Shown here: piece after piece, positions 1-8,243 of the stretch | Numbering within the stretch: the stretch's first letter is position 1 | Layout: each line of letters begins with the position of its first letter | Position numbers and translations under genes: made by a program | Origin: a virus | Lineage: Duplodnaviria; Caudoviricetes | Strand: one strand, 5' to 3' | Length of the DNA stretch: 62,073 nucleotides | IMG/VR virus record: IMGVR_UViG_3300045918_000207 | Span: 1 to 62,073 of that record | The notes under the pieces: generated by a model | What the model saw: only the letters and a program-made list of their open reading frames with translations | The model's database searches: none | Told to the model about the DNA's origin: nothing

Positions 1-127
1 AATGATAGGTAGGGGAAAGGGGGTTATTTGGTTTGTTGGGGTGTATTAGGCTTATGGTGGGGTTTTAATCTTTGGTTGGGGTAATGTGTTCAGGGTTTGG
101 TTATCTTCTGTTTTTGGGGTGTTTTAT
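1..127. repeat. Left copy of exact 127-bp terminal inverted repeat
   Basis: 1-127 is the exact reverse complement of 61947-62073; identity breaks at 128/61946. Confidence 0.97.
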
Positions 128-149
128 TGAATGATATGTGGTTTATTGA

Positions 150-184
150 TTAACGTAGCTTTAACAGTTTTAAGGGGATTTTAA
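150..184. promoter_or_regulatory. Two TTAA-N7-TTAA boxes (putative operators)
   Basis: ttaacgtagctttaa 150-164 and ttaaggggattttaa 170-184; the same motif recurs at other intergenic sites. Confidence 0.5.
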
Positions 185-261
185 TTGTTATGTGTGAAAT
201 CAATGGAGTAGATTTGAGGTATTAAATACTTTTACTCTATTAAATTAAACCCGTTACCGTA

Positions 262-456
262 ATGAAAAAAATAGAACAACAACCTGAAAATCAGCCAATT
301 AAAAAGAAAGGTGGTGCAAGAATAGGTGCAGGGAGAAAGCCAAAAACACCCGAAACCAAGTGCAAACAAGTCTATTTCTACGTTCCCACCCATTTAATAC
401 CCAAATTCAAAGAAAAAGTAAGTGAAGTATTGGATAGATTGTTGGATAATATTTAG
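262..456 (+). CDS. Small DNA-binding protein (GGARxGAGRKP motif plus ribbon-helix-helix-like C-terminus)
   Basis: KKKGGARIGAGRKP followed by VYFYVP strand and a helix. Confidence 0.6.
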   Translation: MKKIEQQPENQPIKKKGGARIGAGRKPKTPETKCKQVYFYVPTHLIPKFKEKVSEVLDRLLDNI

Positions 457-534
457 ATTTTAAGGACTTTTTAATTAGATTTATTAGATTAATTAGAAAA
501 TACGATATACTTTTGAGTTCTAAATAATCTAATT

Positions 535-900
535 ATGCAAGAACAAGTAAAAGGTATTTTATTCGATTTTAAAAACGGTGGTTGGTCAGTTCAAAAACTT
601 GAAAAGGGATTGGGGTTTTCAAACGGTTCTTTGGGAAAGGCAGCTTCGGGGAAAGTTAATCTTTCAGAAGTTCGGTTTATTAAGTTGATTGACCTGCACC
701 AAAAAACGTTTAAAAAAACACCTGCCGTAACCGAAAAGTTAAAAACGCAAATCAAAGAAAACAATACTTCACCTAAAAAAGAAGCTATTTTAGAACAAAG
801 AAACCCCGAAAAAACAGACGAACCGACTTCTCTTTCCGATTTATTTAAGGGTAGAAACGGGGCTACATCAAATTATGTAAACCCAAAACGACTAAAATAA
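535..900 (+). CDS. XRE/Cro-like HTH protein
   Basis: WSVQKLEKGLGFSNGSLGKA HTH pattern. Confidence 0.6.
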   Translation: MQEQVKGILFDFKNGGWSVQKLEKGLGFSNGSLGKAASGKVNLSEVRFIKLIDLHQKTFKKTPAVTEKLKTQIKENNTSPKKEAILEQRNPEKTDEPTSLSDLFKGRNGATSNYVNPKRLK

Positions 901-1071
901 CCTTAATTAAAGAACATAAAGCGTAAAATATGAAATTATGGGTTTTAATATTAGAAAAAGAAGGGAGGTGGTCAGAAGAGCCATATTGGTGTAATATTAG
1001 GTATATGATTGGGAAGTATTTTTTGAAAGAATTAAAATCCGTAATTCAACTAAAACTTGATAAATAAAAAC

Positions 1072-1395
1072 ATGGCACAAATACATTTACAAAAAGAAAC
1101 GGAACGTAGACTTTGGGCTGAATTGGAAGGTGGTTTATTTGTTCACGTTTATATTTCAACATTTCACGGATATAAGCAGAAGATATTTAACCTTAGCCAA
1201 GACTATTATACTGTAAAAGATGCCAAAGTATTACAAATACATAAAAATGGACTATCTGAAACAAATGATGATTTATGGACTTTTGTAACTCAATGTAAAA
1301 AAGTAGGCAAATACAACCCAAACAAAAAGTACAAAAACAAGCATACAGAAATACCCTACAACGTCATATTACCACTTTTCAAGCCAACTAAATAA
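1072..1395 (+). CDS. Hypothetical protein
   Basis: ORF; ATG at 1072 after an A-rich leader preferred over TTG 1057. Confidence 0.6.
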   Translation: MAQIHLQKETERRLWAELEGGLFVHVYISTFHGYKQKIFNLSQDYYTVKDAKVLQIHKNGLSETNDDLWTFVTQCKKVGKYNPNKKYKNKHTEIPYNVILPLFKPTK

Positions 1396-1405
1396 AGAAA
1401 TACCT

Positions 1406-1654
1406 ATGGTAAATACAAATTTTATTCCCCGAACCTATACCCCTAAAAGAAAAGTCAATTACCATAAAAGGGATAATTATGAATCGTTGCTGAAAAAATT
1501 GTATGAAGAAAGCAATAAAACAAAGTACAATGGTGACTTATCCTACCTATCTGATAATGAATTACTTGTTTCTATAAATGGGTTGCTTAGTAAATTAGGG
1601 TTAACTACGATGGATGAAAACGAACTATCCCGACCATTATCCTTACGAAATTAA
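1406..1654 (+). CDS. Hypothetical protein
   Basis: 82-aa ORF in operon context. Confidence 0.55.
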   Translation: MVNTNFIPRTYTPKRKVNYHKRDNYESLLKKLYEESNKTKYNGDLSYLSDNELLVSINGLLSKLGLTTMDENELSRPLSLRN

Positions 1655-1703
1655 AATCACCTTAAATCTAACCAATATAATATATAATACTAACTATTGG
1701 TTT

Positions 1704-1711
1704 TATCTTTG
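1704..1711 (+). promoter_or_regulatory. Bacteroidota sigma-A -7 element TATCTTTG
   Basis: Exact TAnnTTTG match, intergenic, directly upstream of a structured non-coding tract. Confidence 0.65.
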
Positions 1712-1731
1712 GTTGATGTTCTTTTAAATAG

Positions 1732-1985
1732 TTGTTTGTGATGGGTGCAAAATTTTGTACGCAGTAGTTAGGGGTAATGCTCGAAGTTGCAACGATGCGG
1801 GGTATGAGCAACTAATCAATACCTACCCAAAGCAAACAATAACGGTCATTACCTGATGTGTGTGAAGTTCGTAAAATCGAATGACAAGGCTAACTCACAA
1901 GGTTAGATACAGAGATACTTCCTTCACGTTAAATGCGTAGGGGCAAGCGCACGTATCATTCACACCACAAAGGGTAATGCCGTTT
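1732..1985 (+). ncRNA. Candidate structured non-coding RNA (two closed multi-stem domains)
   Basis: 1732-1746 pairs with 1825-1839 and 1841-1866 pairs with 1959-1985; internal hairpins; no ORF of 60 aa or more; upstream promoter element. Confidence 0.55.
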
Positions 1986-2011
1986 ATTTTAAACAATTAA
2001 AAAAGCGAAAT

Positions 2012-2263
2012 ATGACAAGTCTTGAATTGTACAAGTTTGTAGATGATAACCAAATTGAATATCATTGGCATGATGAAGATGTAATAGCCTTTGTAACCGT
2101 ATGGGATATTGAAGATTTTAATAAAATGTTAGGAGTATCAATACTGGATGAAGAAGGTATTAAGTGTACTATGAAAGAAAAATACTTCTGTTTTTGGATG
2201 AAAGACATTTGTGAATACTTCGATATTAAATTAGATGAAATTTTCCCAAACAAATCTAACTAA
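2012..2263 (+). CDS. Hypothetical acidic protein
   Basis: 83-aa ORF with A-rich leader. Confidence 0.65.
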   Translation: MTSLELYKFVDDNQIEYHWHDEDVIAFVTVWDIEDFNKMLGVSILDEEGIKCTMKEKYFCFWMKDICEYFDIKLDEIFPNKSN

Positions 2264-2299
2264 CCACCCATAACAGTAATTAACTTTTAATTCAAAAGT

Positions 2300-2686
2300 A
2301 TGAGAGAGATAAAATTCAGAGTTTGGGATAAAAAATATAATTCTTATTCAGAAGAACCGTATTATAGATTGCTATTATCAAAAAATGGGCAAGTTTATAA
2401 TTCAGAAAATGATGAATGGCATAAAATTGATGGTAGGTATGTAATTCAGCAATTCACCGGCTTAACCGACAAGAACGGTAAAGAGATTTATGAAGGGGAT
2501 ATAGTTGAATCAGAAAAATGGGTTAGTATAGGTAAATATGAAAGGTGTATCGGAATTATTGAGTATCAGTATTGTTCATTTACTATTGACTGTATAAAAG
2601 AATGGTCAGGAAGTAATGCCGTATTAAATGGTAACGCAACCGTAATCGGGAACATCTATGAAAACCCTAACCTACTTAACCCCTAA
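2300..2686 (+). CDS. YopX family protein
   Basis: MREIKFRVWD...QFTGLTDKNGKEIYEGDIV...VIGNIYENP. Confidence 0.93.
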   Translation: MREIKFRVWDKKYNSYSEEPYYRLLLSKNGQVYNSENDEWHKIDGRYVIQQFTGLTDKNGKEIYEGDIVESEKWVSIGKYERCIGIIEYQYCSFTIDCIKEWSGSNAVLNGNATVIGNIYENPNLLNP

Positions 2687-2689
2687 CCC

Positions 2690-3373
2690 ATGAATAAGCA
2701 AATAAAAACAGGTAATAGCACAGAAGGTATTGAAGTAATTAAAATCACTAAAGAAGAATATAAAAGCCTTGATGCCAACCTTAAATTTTTCGGGAAAGAA
2801 GGATTGCAATTAAAACCAAAAGAACCCATGCCACAAGAGAAAGAGTTAACAGCCATGATGCCCAGTAAAGAAACATTAGAATTTGCTAAATGGTATAGCG
2901 GAATGGAAGAAAGTAAAGTAATTTCTGTTTACCAAAGATGGCAAAATGAACAGCCATTACCTATTGAGGAAGAAAAAACAGTAACTCAAATATGGGAAGA
3001 ACTTAATACCCACCCATCCCAAAAGGAAGAAGTGAATAACCATCTATATTCAGGACTTACCTATATAGAAAAGAAAATGGAATCCCAAAAGGAAGTAACA
3101 GATAGTAGTTTGGTGAGAGAAGCGGAAGAACTTTACCCGTTTGATAATTGGGCGGCTGATGCTAATATAGGTACAAGAGCAGCAGCAAGATACAATGATT
3201 CACAAGCGCACAAACGTGAAGCCCATATAAATTCCGCCCAACTACACCGTAATGATGGATTGAATCAGCTTATTGAGTGGTTAGATGTTCAGGTTACAAT
3301 GTCATCGGATGTCGAATTATTCCAAACAGAAATCCTCACCAAAGCAAAAGAAATACAATCTAATAACCAATAA
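2690..3373 (+). CDS. Hypothetical, mosaic-looking protein
   Basis: 227-aa ORF; internal 14-bp repeat atcccaaaaggaag at 3016 and 3082. Confidence 0.6.
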   Translation: MNKQIKTGNSTEGIEVIKITKEEYKSLDANLKFFGKEGLQLKPKEPMPQEKELTAMMPSKETLEFAKWYSGMEESKVISVYQRWQNEQPLPIEEEKTVTQIWEELNTHPSQKEEVNNHLYSGLTYIEKKMESQKEVTDSSLVREAEELYPFDNWAADANIGTRAAARYNDSQAHKREAHINSAQLHRNDGLNQLIEWLDVQVTMSSDVELFQTEILTKAKEIQSNNQ

Positions 3374-3383
3374 ACCAAACACA

Positions 3384-3665
3384 ATGAAGCAAACAGTATA
3401 TATCCCTTTTGAATATTCAGAAAAAATGACAAGGCATCAACTGCCGAAGTTTAAATTATCTGTTTCTAATGGGATTGATTTTGATACCGTATCTCACTTG
3501 CAAAAAGTTGAAGGCTATTTCTTCACCGAATCAGAAATGGAAATCCTCAAACGAATAGCCAAAAAAGACAAAGAAGATAACACCAATGTACTTCAAGAAA
3601 TAATCTTAGGAACGGAGTACGGGGTGAAGTTTATGGAGAATCTAAATAAATTAAAAAATGAATAA
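3384..3665 (+). CDS. Hypothetical protein
   Basis: Start moved to ATG 3384 (MKQTVYIP) after an A/C-rich leader. Confidence 0.6.
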   Translation: MKQTVYIPFEYSEKMTRHQLPKFKLSVSNGIDFDTVSHLQKVEGYFFTESEMEILKRIAKKDKEDNTNVLQEIILGTEYGVKFMENLNKLKNE

Positions 3666-3963
3666 AACAACCGAAATACTAAGTAAAAAGGTAGCCATAG
3701 ACTTCCCTGATGGTAATGGAAATGATTTAAAAGTATATAGGGAAGAAGCCGTAATAGGTATGTTAGATGAAATGGCAGAAGTGTTTCCCTGTAATATATG
3801 TGTACTGGATAAGAATTATTTGACGGATAAAGAAGAAATAGAGCGTTTAGAAAAGATAATATTTCAACAATCAGATACTATTACAAGTCTACAACAAAGA
3901 TTAGTAGCATTACAACATGTTAATAATGAGTTATTAGGTTTGGGTAATATTAAAAGATATTAA
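3658..3963 (+). CDS. Hypothetical protein with C-terminal coiled coil
   Basis: Overlaps upstream stop; heptad-like C-terminus. Confidence 0.6.
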   Translation: MNKTTEILSKKVAIDFPDGNGNDLKVYREEAVIGMLDEMAEVFPCNICVLDKNYLTDKEEIERLEKIIFQQSDTITSLQQRLVALQHVNNELLGLGNIKRY

Positions 3964-3994
3964 AGTCTGTTCATTGGTGTTTTGGTTAAAGGTT

Positions 3995-4029
3995 AAGCCC
4001 CGTCTAATATTGATTAGCGGGGCTTTTTG
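3995..4029. terminator. Intrinsic terminator between convergent units
   Basis: aagccccg...cggggctt stem followed by a T run. Confidence 0.8.
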
Positions 4030-4051
4030 TACTGCTATATGTATAGGGGGA

Positions 4052-4276
4052 TTAGTTAAGGTAGTATATTCCGTTCTTTATTGCATAGATAGCTATACCC
4101 ACAGCGTTCTTTGATTCTGTTTCAGCCATTATTTTATTACGCATTGTTTCTACGCCACGCTTGCTGATACCCATCTCTATTGCGATTTCTTTGCTTGTTT
4201 TTTGCTCGCAAATTAAGCGGATTAACTTCTTTCTTCGCTCAATTCTAACGGTTCTCTTGAGTGCCATAACTCCCAA
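4052..4276 (-). CDS. LuxR/GerE-type HTH regulator
   Basis: TSKEIAIEMGISKRGVETMRNKIMAE...IAIYAIKNG. Confidence 0.85.
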   Translation of the reverse strand: MGVMALKRTVRIERRKKLIRLICEQKTSKEIAIEMGISKRGVETMRNKIMAETESKNAVGIAIYAIKNGIYYLN

Positions 4277-4488
4277 TGTGGTTTAATGATAAATGAACAT
4301 TGATGATTTGCATTTGCAGGATATAGCCATTTAAAGCTATCTATAAACTTTTGTCTTTCCTTGACACTTCTATACTCTAATCTCTTAATTAATTGACCAT
4401 TTATATAAAACTCTATTACAGGCTTTATACTACCACCACCTGTATGTATTGACTTAGTATTGTTTTGCTTTTTTTCTAATACTTCCAT
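4222..4488 (-). CDS. Hypothetical protein
   Basis: 88-aa ORF in minus-strand operon. Confidence 0.5.
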   Translation of the reverse strand: MEVLEKKQNNTKSIHTGGGSIKPVIEFYINGQLIKRLEYRSVKERQKFIDSFKWLYPANANHQCSFIIKPHWELWHSREPLELSEERS

Positions 4489-4491
4489 AGC

Positions 4492-4659
4492 TTAAGGATT
4501 TGGTGTACCCCACTTTTTAGTTGCCCTTTCAAGTAGTCTGTAAATAGTACCAGTTGGGATACCCAATTCAGCACTTACCTGCTTAAATATTAACCCTTGT
4601 GAGAATAAATCCCATACAAGTCTTTCGTCTGTTTCTGTATAAGTTTTCTTACCTGCCAT
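4492..4659 (-). CDS. Small HTH protein (55 aa, not in the ORF track)
   Basis: Hand translation MAGKKTYTETDERLVWDLFSQGLIFKQVSAELGIPTGTIYRLLERATKKWGTPNP; fills the gap between neighbours. Confidence 0.7.
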   Translation of the reverse strand: MAGKKTYTETDERLVWDLFSQGLIFKQVSAELGIPTGTIYRLLERATKKWGTPNP

Positions 4660-4662
4660 AGT

Positions 4663-5319
4663 TTACATTTCAGTTTTTAAATATTCAATAAGTATAGGCG
4701 GTATCCTTTTACGTTCTGTTAAGGCTATTGACGGGTATATCTTTACAAACCTTTCTATCACTATCCCAAAGCAATTTAAGTCTACTATGTCAATCATGTG
4801 GTCGTCAAAATTCTTGTGGCAAGATTTTCCATAGTAGCACAATTCAATCCAATTATCAGGATGCGTAGATACGGAAGGGAACAAATTCTTAGGTAGGATG
4901 TGGCAAACAGAATAATGGAATTTAGAATCTGCATCTTTATTCAATATCATTGTATCCCCGTTGCAGTGCATACACCTGCCTGTCATTTCCATCTTTCGTT
5001 CAATAAACCACCTGCCTAACTCTCCCCTACCTTCAAATGGCTTTAATTCAGCTTTTATATCGTTAGCTTCATTTTCCATCCATTTAGGCGGTACGAATGA
5101 TGTTACAGATGATTTAGGTTCTTCCACTAATCCAAATGCTTCTTTTACATCAAACCAACCTGCTTTGGTAGGCTTACGTTTTTGTTCTTCTTTGTGCTTA
5201 TCTATACCACGTTGTACAATACTTCTACGGTCAAAATCTTCCCTTTTATATTGGTGGGAACGACAAAACCCTTTACCAAAAACGGGATTATTGCAGCCAT
5301 TAAAATTACAAAACTTCAT
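4663..5319 (-). CDS. Zn-binding HNH/NinG(Rap)-like nuclease
   Basis: N-terminal CxxxxC...CxxH; CMHC...CHILPK...NWIELC...CH. Confidence 0.65.
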   Translation of the reverse strand: MKFCNFNGCNNPVFGKGFCRSHQYKREDFDRRSIVQRGIDKHKEEQKRKPTKAGWFDVKEAFGLVEEPKSSVTSFVPPKWMENEANDIKAELKPFEGRGELGRWFIERKMEMTGRCMHCNGDTMILNKDADSKFHYSVCHILPKNLFPSVSTHPDNWIELCYYGKSCHKNFDDHMIDIVDLNCFGIVIERFVKIYPSIALTERKRIPPILIEYLKTEM

Positions 5320-5429
5320 ATCTTAAATAATTTATCCCCAACAAATCTATAATGAATACTACCTACTATTATTACATAGTCTAACCTCTTAGCTAATTCA
5401 TATATTAGTAGTCTTTGTTGGTTAGTCAT
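5316..5429 (-). CDS. Small hypothetical protein (37 aa)
   Basis: MTNQQRLLIYELAKRLD...; ATGA overlap with the downstream gene. Confidence 0.5.
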   Translation of the reverse strand: MTNQQRLLIYELAKRLDYVIIVGSIHYRFVGDKLFKI

Positions 5430-5432
5430 TGA

Positions 5433-5855
5433 TTATTTATTTAGCCATTTTAAGAAACGTTCCCATCTTGTAGGTTTTTTAGGTGGCAGGAAAACGTGAA
5501 TTGGCTGTGGTGGTTCTTTCATTATGTATTCGGTGAACTTATCTTGTAATTCTTTTTGACCGTCAATTAGAATTTGTATTATATCGTAAGGGCTTTTGTT
5601 ACGCATAAGTTCTTCCATTACTCTTTTAAAAACGGGAGAAGTGTGCCAATATTTTTGTGCAAATTCGGGTGTAAACTTGTCTAATATCTCTTTACGTTTA
5701 AGATAATAGCTTTCTTCGTCATCCAATGGAGTATAACTCTCAATAGCCTTAACAACAAAACTATTCCAATGATGATTTTCGGTAGCCAATTTATCGTAAT
5801 GCTGCAAAGCATCCTCCCGTAACATTTCTACTGTTGGCTTATACGTTTGTTCCAT
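5433..5855 (-). CDS. Hypothetical protein flanked by an 18-bp direct repeat
   Basis: 140-aa ORF; tatattagtagtctttgt at 5401-5418 and 5866-5883. Confidence 0.65.
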   Translation of the reverse strand: MEQTYKPTVEMLREDALQHYDKLATENHHWNSFVVKAIESYTPLDDEESYYLKRKEILDKFTPEFAQKYWHTSPVFKRVMEELMRNKSPYDIIQILIDGQKELQDKFTEYIMKEPPQPIHVFLPPKKPTRWERFLKWLNK

Positions 5856-5890
5856 ATTTTTATTTTATATTAGTAGTCTTTGTGTTTCTG

Positions 5891-6058
5891 TCATGGGTTA
5901 CGGGTTATTAGTGTTTCATCTATTTCTTCAAAATGAATATCTATAAAACATTCATCCGAACCTATTACATCCCACCATTTATCTTCTTCATCCCAAAATG
6001 CAACTACCCATTCTTCATACCATTTAACCCAATAGTATCCGTATTTTCTATTTTCCAT
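5891..6058 (-). CDS. Small Trp-rich hypothetical protein (55 aa)
   Basis: Hand translation MENRKYGYYWVKWYEEWVVAFWDEEDKWW... Confidence 0.6.
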   Translation of the reverse strand: MENRKYGYYWVKWYEEWVVAFWDEEDKWWDVIGSDECFIDIHFEEIDETLITRNP

Positions 6059-6082
6059 TTTATTTTTATTTAGGTGTGTGGG

Positions 6083-6493
6083 TTAGTGGGTTATTAATTC
6101 GGGATTTTGATAAATATCCCCTATGATTTCATACGTTGCAGGTTTACTTCTTTCGCTATATGTTTTTTGGGTATTTAATGAATAGCCGAAATAGGTACTA
6201 CCAAATTCATTTGACGATACTTTTAGTTCCACTACTTCCCTTGTTTTCATTGTTGGGTCTGCATATATAAAGTTATTACCCGTCATAAAAATATCTTTAC
6301 TGCCAACTCTTTCTAAAATATCTCCTTCATAAATATCTTTGCCATTTTTATCTTTTAATCCTGTAAACTGCATAACCTCTCCTGTATGCCATACATCCCT
6401 CATTAAATCACAGCAGAACATACTATTATCAAATGATTGAAGGTCATAAAACATACTACCTTTTGACCAACCACGAAACTTTAATTCACGCAT
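6083..6493 (-). CDS. YopX family protein (second paralogue)
   Basis: MRELKFRGW...QFTGLKDKNGKDIYEGDIL...IIGDIYQNP. Confidence 0.93.
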   Translation of the reverse strand: MRELKFRGWSKGSMFYDLQSFDNSMFCCDLMRDVWHTGEVMQFTGLKDKNGKDIYEGDILERVGSKDIFMTGNNFIYADPTMKTREVVELKVSSNEFGSTYFGYSLNTQKTYSERSKPATYEIIGDIYQNPELITH

Positions 6494-6542
6494 ATATTTA
6501 AAATTGAACTGTAAAACTAATAAACCTATTAAAGCAAATGTA

Positions 6543-6604
6543 TTAAAATACCCTTAAAATACTGCAAGAAAAATTTTTGTTATTGAGATAAAGTTATACA
6601 TTTG
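6543..6604 (+). promoter_or_regulatory. Divergent control region: TTAA-N7-TTAA box plus Bacteroidota promoter
   Basis: Box 6543-6557; TTTG 6576-6579; TACATTTG 6597-6604 (17-nt spacer). Confidence 0.7.
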
Positions 6605-6622
6605 TCAAAAATAGTTACATAA

Positions 6623-6847
6623 ATGACAGATAAAATAGAACTCACTTTAGAAGAAAAAATTGACCGTTCAAGGGAAGGTCGCAGTCAAATGTGGATTGTA
6701 AGCAAGTTAAGGGAAATGGGTTGTGGTATGTCAGAAGCCCAATTTACCCGTAAAAAGAAGGATATATACACCACAGATAGCTTCACAGAAACAGAACTTT
6801 CTGCCCTTTCAACAATACTAAACACCGACTTTACTATCCAAAAGTAA
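6623..6847 (+). CDS. Cro-like HTH protein
   Basis: RSQMWIVSKL...MSEAQFTRKK...FTETELSALSTIL; first gene of the replication operon. Confidence 0.65.
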   Translation: MTDKIELTLEEKIDRSREGRSQMWIVSKLREMGCGMSEAQFTRKKKDIYTTDSFTETELSALSTILNTDFTIQK

Positions 6848-6889
6848 GGTCTTTTTTATTTTTTACTAACGCTATATACTGGCTTACAC

Positions 6890-7648
6890 ATGGCTCGTCC
6901 CGTCAAGAATTATTGCGACTACTTCCCCCACGATAGGGATATGCGTAACCATAGAAAGGTTAAGGCTATCCGTACTAAGTTTGGTATAGAAGGGTATGCT
7001 TTATGGTCAATGTTATTGGAATACCTAACAGGTATTGATGGCAATGTTTTTGAATATTCAGAGGATGAATTTGAACTAATTGGCGGTGACTTCGGGGTTT
7101 CTGTAGAAACAATACGGTGGGTGGTTGATTACTGCATCAAATTGGAACTTTTATTCTTAAAAGAAGGGTTTATTAGTTCAGAAAGCCTTGATGAAAACCT
7201 GAAACCCGTATATGAAAAAAGGGGTAAGAGTAAGGATAATAGCAAGAAACAACAACGTAAGAACGGTAAGTTTGTACCAAACAATACCGTATTAAACGGA
7301 GTTTCTGTAGCAGAAATACCGCAAAGTAAAGTAGATAATAGTAAAGTAGATGAAAGTAAAGAAAGTAAGGCTATTCCAAAAAAGGAAGATTTTATGCAAT
7401 ACGTGAAGGAAAGGTGTGCTTTTATTAGTGAAAATTTTGAATTACACAAACAAGGGGCTTCTGTAAAATACGATGCTTGGGTAGCGGCGGGTTGGAAGGA
7501 TGGATACGGGAATAAAATAAATAATTGGAAAAGCAAGATTATCTCAAACCTGCAATATTTTAAGAAAGTTAATGGCAATGGTCATACGGTAAAAGCGGGT
7601 ATAGTAGAAGTACCAAAAGATATTAATTACGAAAATCAGCAAATGTAA
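6890..7648 (+). CDS. Replication initiator, DUF4373 (Lin1244/Lin1753-like) N-terminal domain
   Basis: MARPVKNYCDYFPHD...KFGIEGYALWSMLLEYL; C-terminal GWKDGYGNKINNWKS; internal repeats. Confidence 0.85.
   Translation: MARPVKNYCDYFPHDRDMRNHRKVKAIRTKFGIEGYALWSMLLEYLTGIDGNVFEYSEDEFELIGGDFGVSVETIRWVVDYCIKLELLFLKEGFISSESLDENLKPVYEKRGKSKDNSKKQQRKNGKFVPNNTVLNGVSVAEIPQSKVDNSKVDESKESKAIPKKEDFMQYVKERCAFISENFELHKQGASVKYDAWVAAGWKDGYGNKINNWKSKIISNLQYFKKVNGNGHTVKAGIVEVPKDINYENQQM
7300..7369. repeat. Iteron-like repeats in the initiator gene (putative origin)
   Basis: agtaaagtagat x2 plus further agtaa(a)g units 7325-7369; gtttctgtag at 7301 also at 7097. Confidence 0.55.
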
Positions 7649-8241
7649 TGAGGGGTTCAGAAGCTATAAAAATTATAGGTAATGAGTTTATTGATGGGTT
7701 TTCCATTGATAAAGAACCCTTATTAACAGGCTATAGGCTTGTGTATGAGAACCTTTCTTCGGGGTTGGATGTGAAAAGTAAAACAAAGGGCTTGTTAATT
7801 ATAGGCTCAATAGGGGTAGGTAAGTCATTAATGATGCGTATATATCAAAAGTTGTTTAAAGATTCGTGTAGGGCTTTTAAATGGGTTTCAGCATCGGTTT
7901 TAAGGGATATGTTAGATGAAACTACGCTTTCAAACATAAAAGCATCCTACGGGTACGATTGTAAGATGGATTTATATATTGACGATGTGGGGGTTAGTCA
8001 TTCAGACGTAAAAAGGTATGGGAATACGGTTAATGTTATTTCTGAAATATTAATGGAACGATACGAACTATTTTGTAATGAAGGGTATAAAACACATATT
8101 TCAACCAATTTATTAGCAAGGCTTGAAAATAATCCACAGAACATTCCTACAATGGAAAATTATTTATCCAATAGAGTATATGACAGGATAAAAGAAATGT
8201 GCGAATTAGTTGTAATTAATGGACAAAGTTTAAGAAAATAA
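7648..8241 (+). CDS. DnaC/IstB-like P-loop ATPase (helicase loader)
   Basis: Walker A GSIGVGKS, Walker B LYIDDVG, ISTNL, RVYDRIKEMC. Confidence 0.85.
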   Translation: MRGSEAIKIIGNEFIDGFSIDKEPLLTGYRLVYENLSSGLDVKSKTKGLLIIGSIGVGKSLMMRIYQKLFKDSCRAFKWVSASVLRDMLDETTLSNIKASYGYDCKMDLYIDDVGVSHSDVKRYGNTVNVISEILMERYELFCNEGYKTHISTNLLARLENNPQNIPTMENYLSNRVYDRIKEMCELVVINGQSLRK

Positions 8242-8243
8242 CG

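Noticed and set aside
1841-1985. tRNA or hammerhead in the structured region
   Set aside because: No T-loop GTTCRA with a cloverleaf, and ctgatgtg does not match CUGANGA.
2300-6493. Invertible segment bounded by the two oppositely oriented YopX genes
   Set aside because: The paralogues are well diverged at the DNA level and no invertase was recognised.
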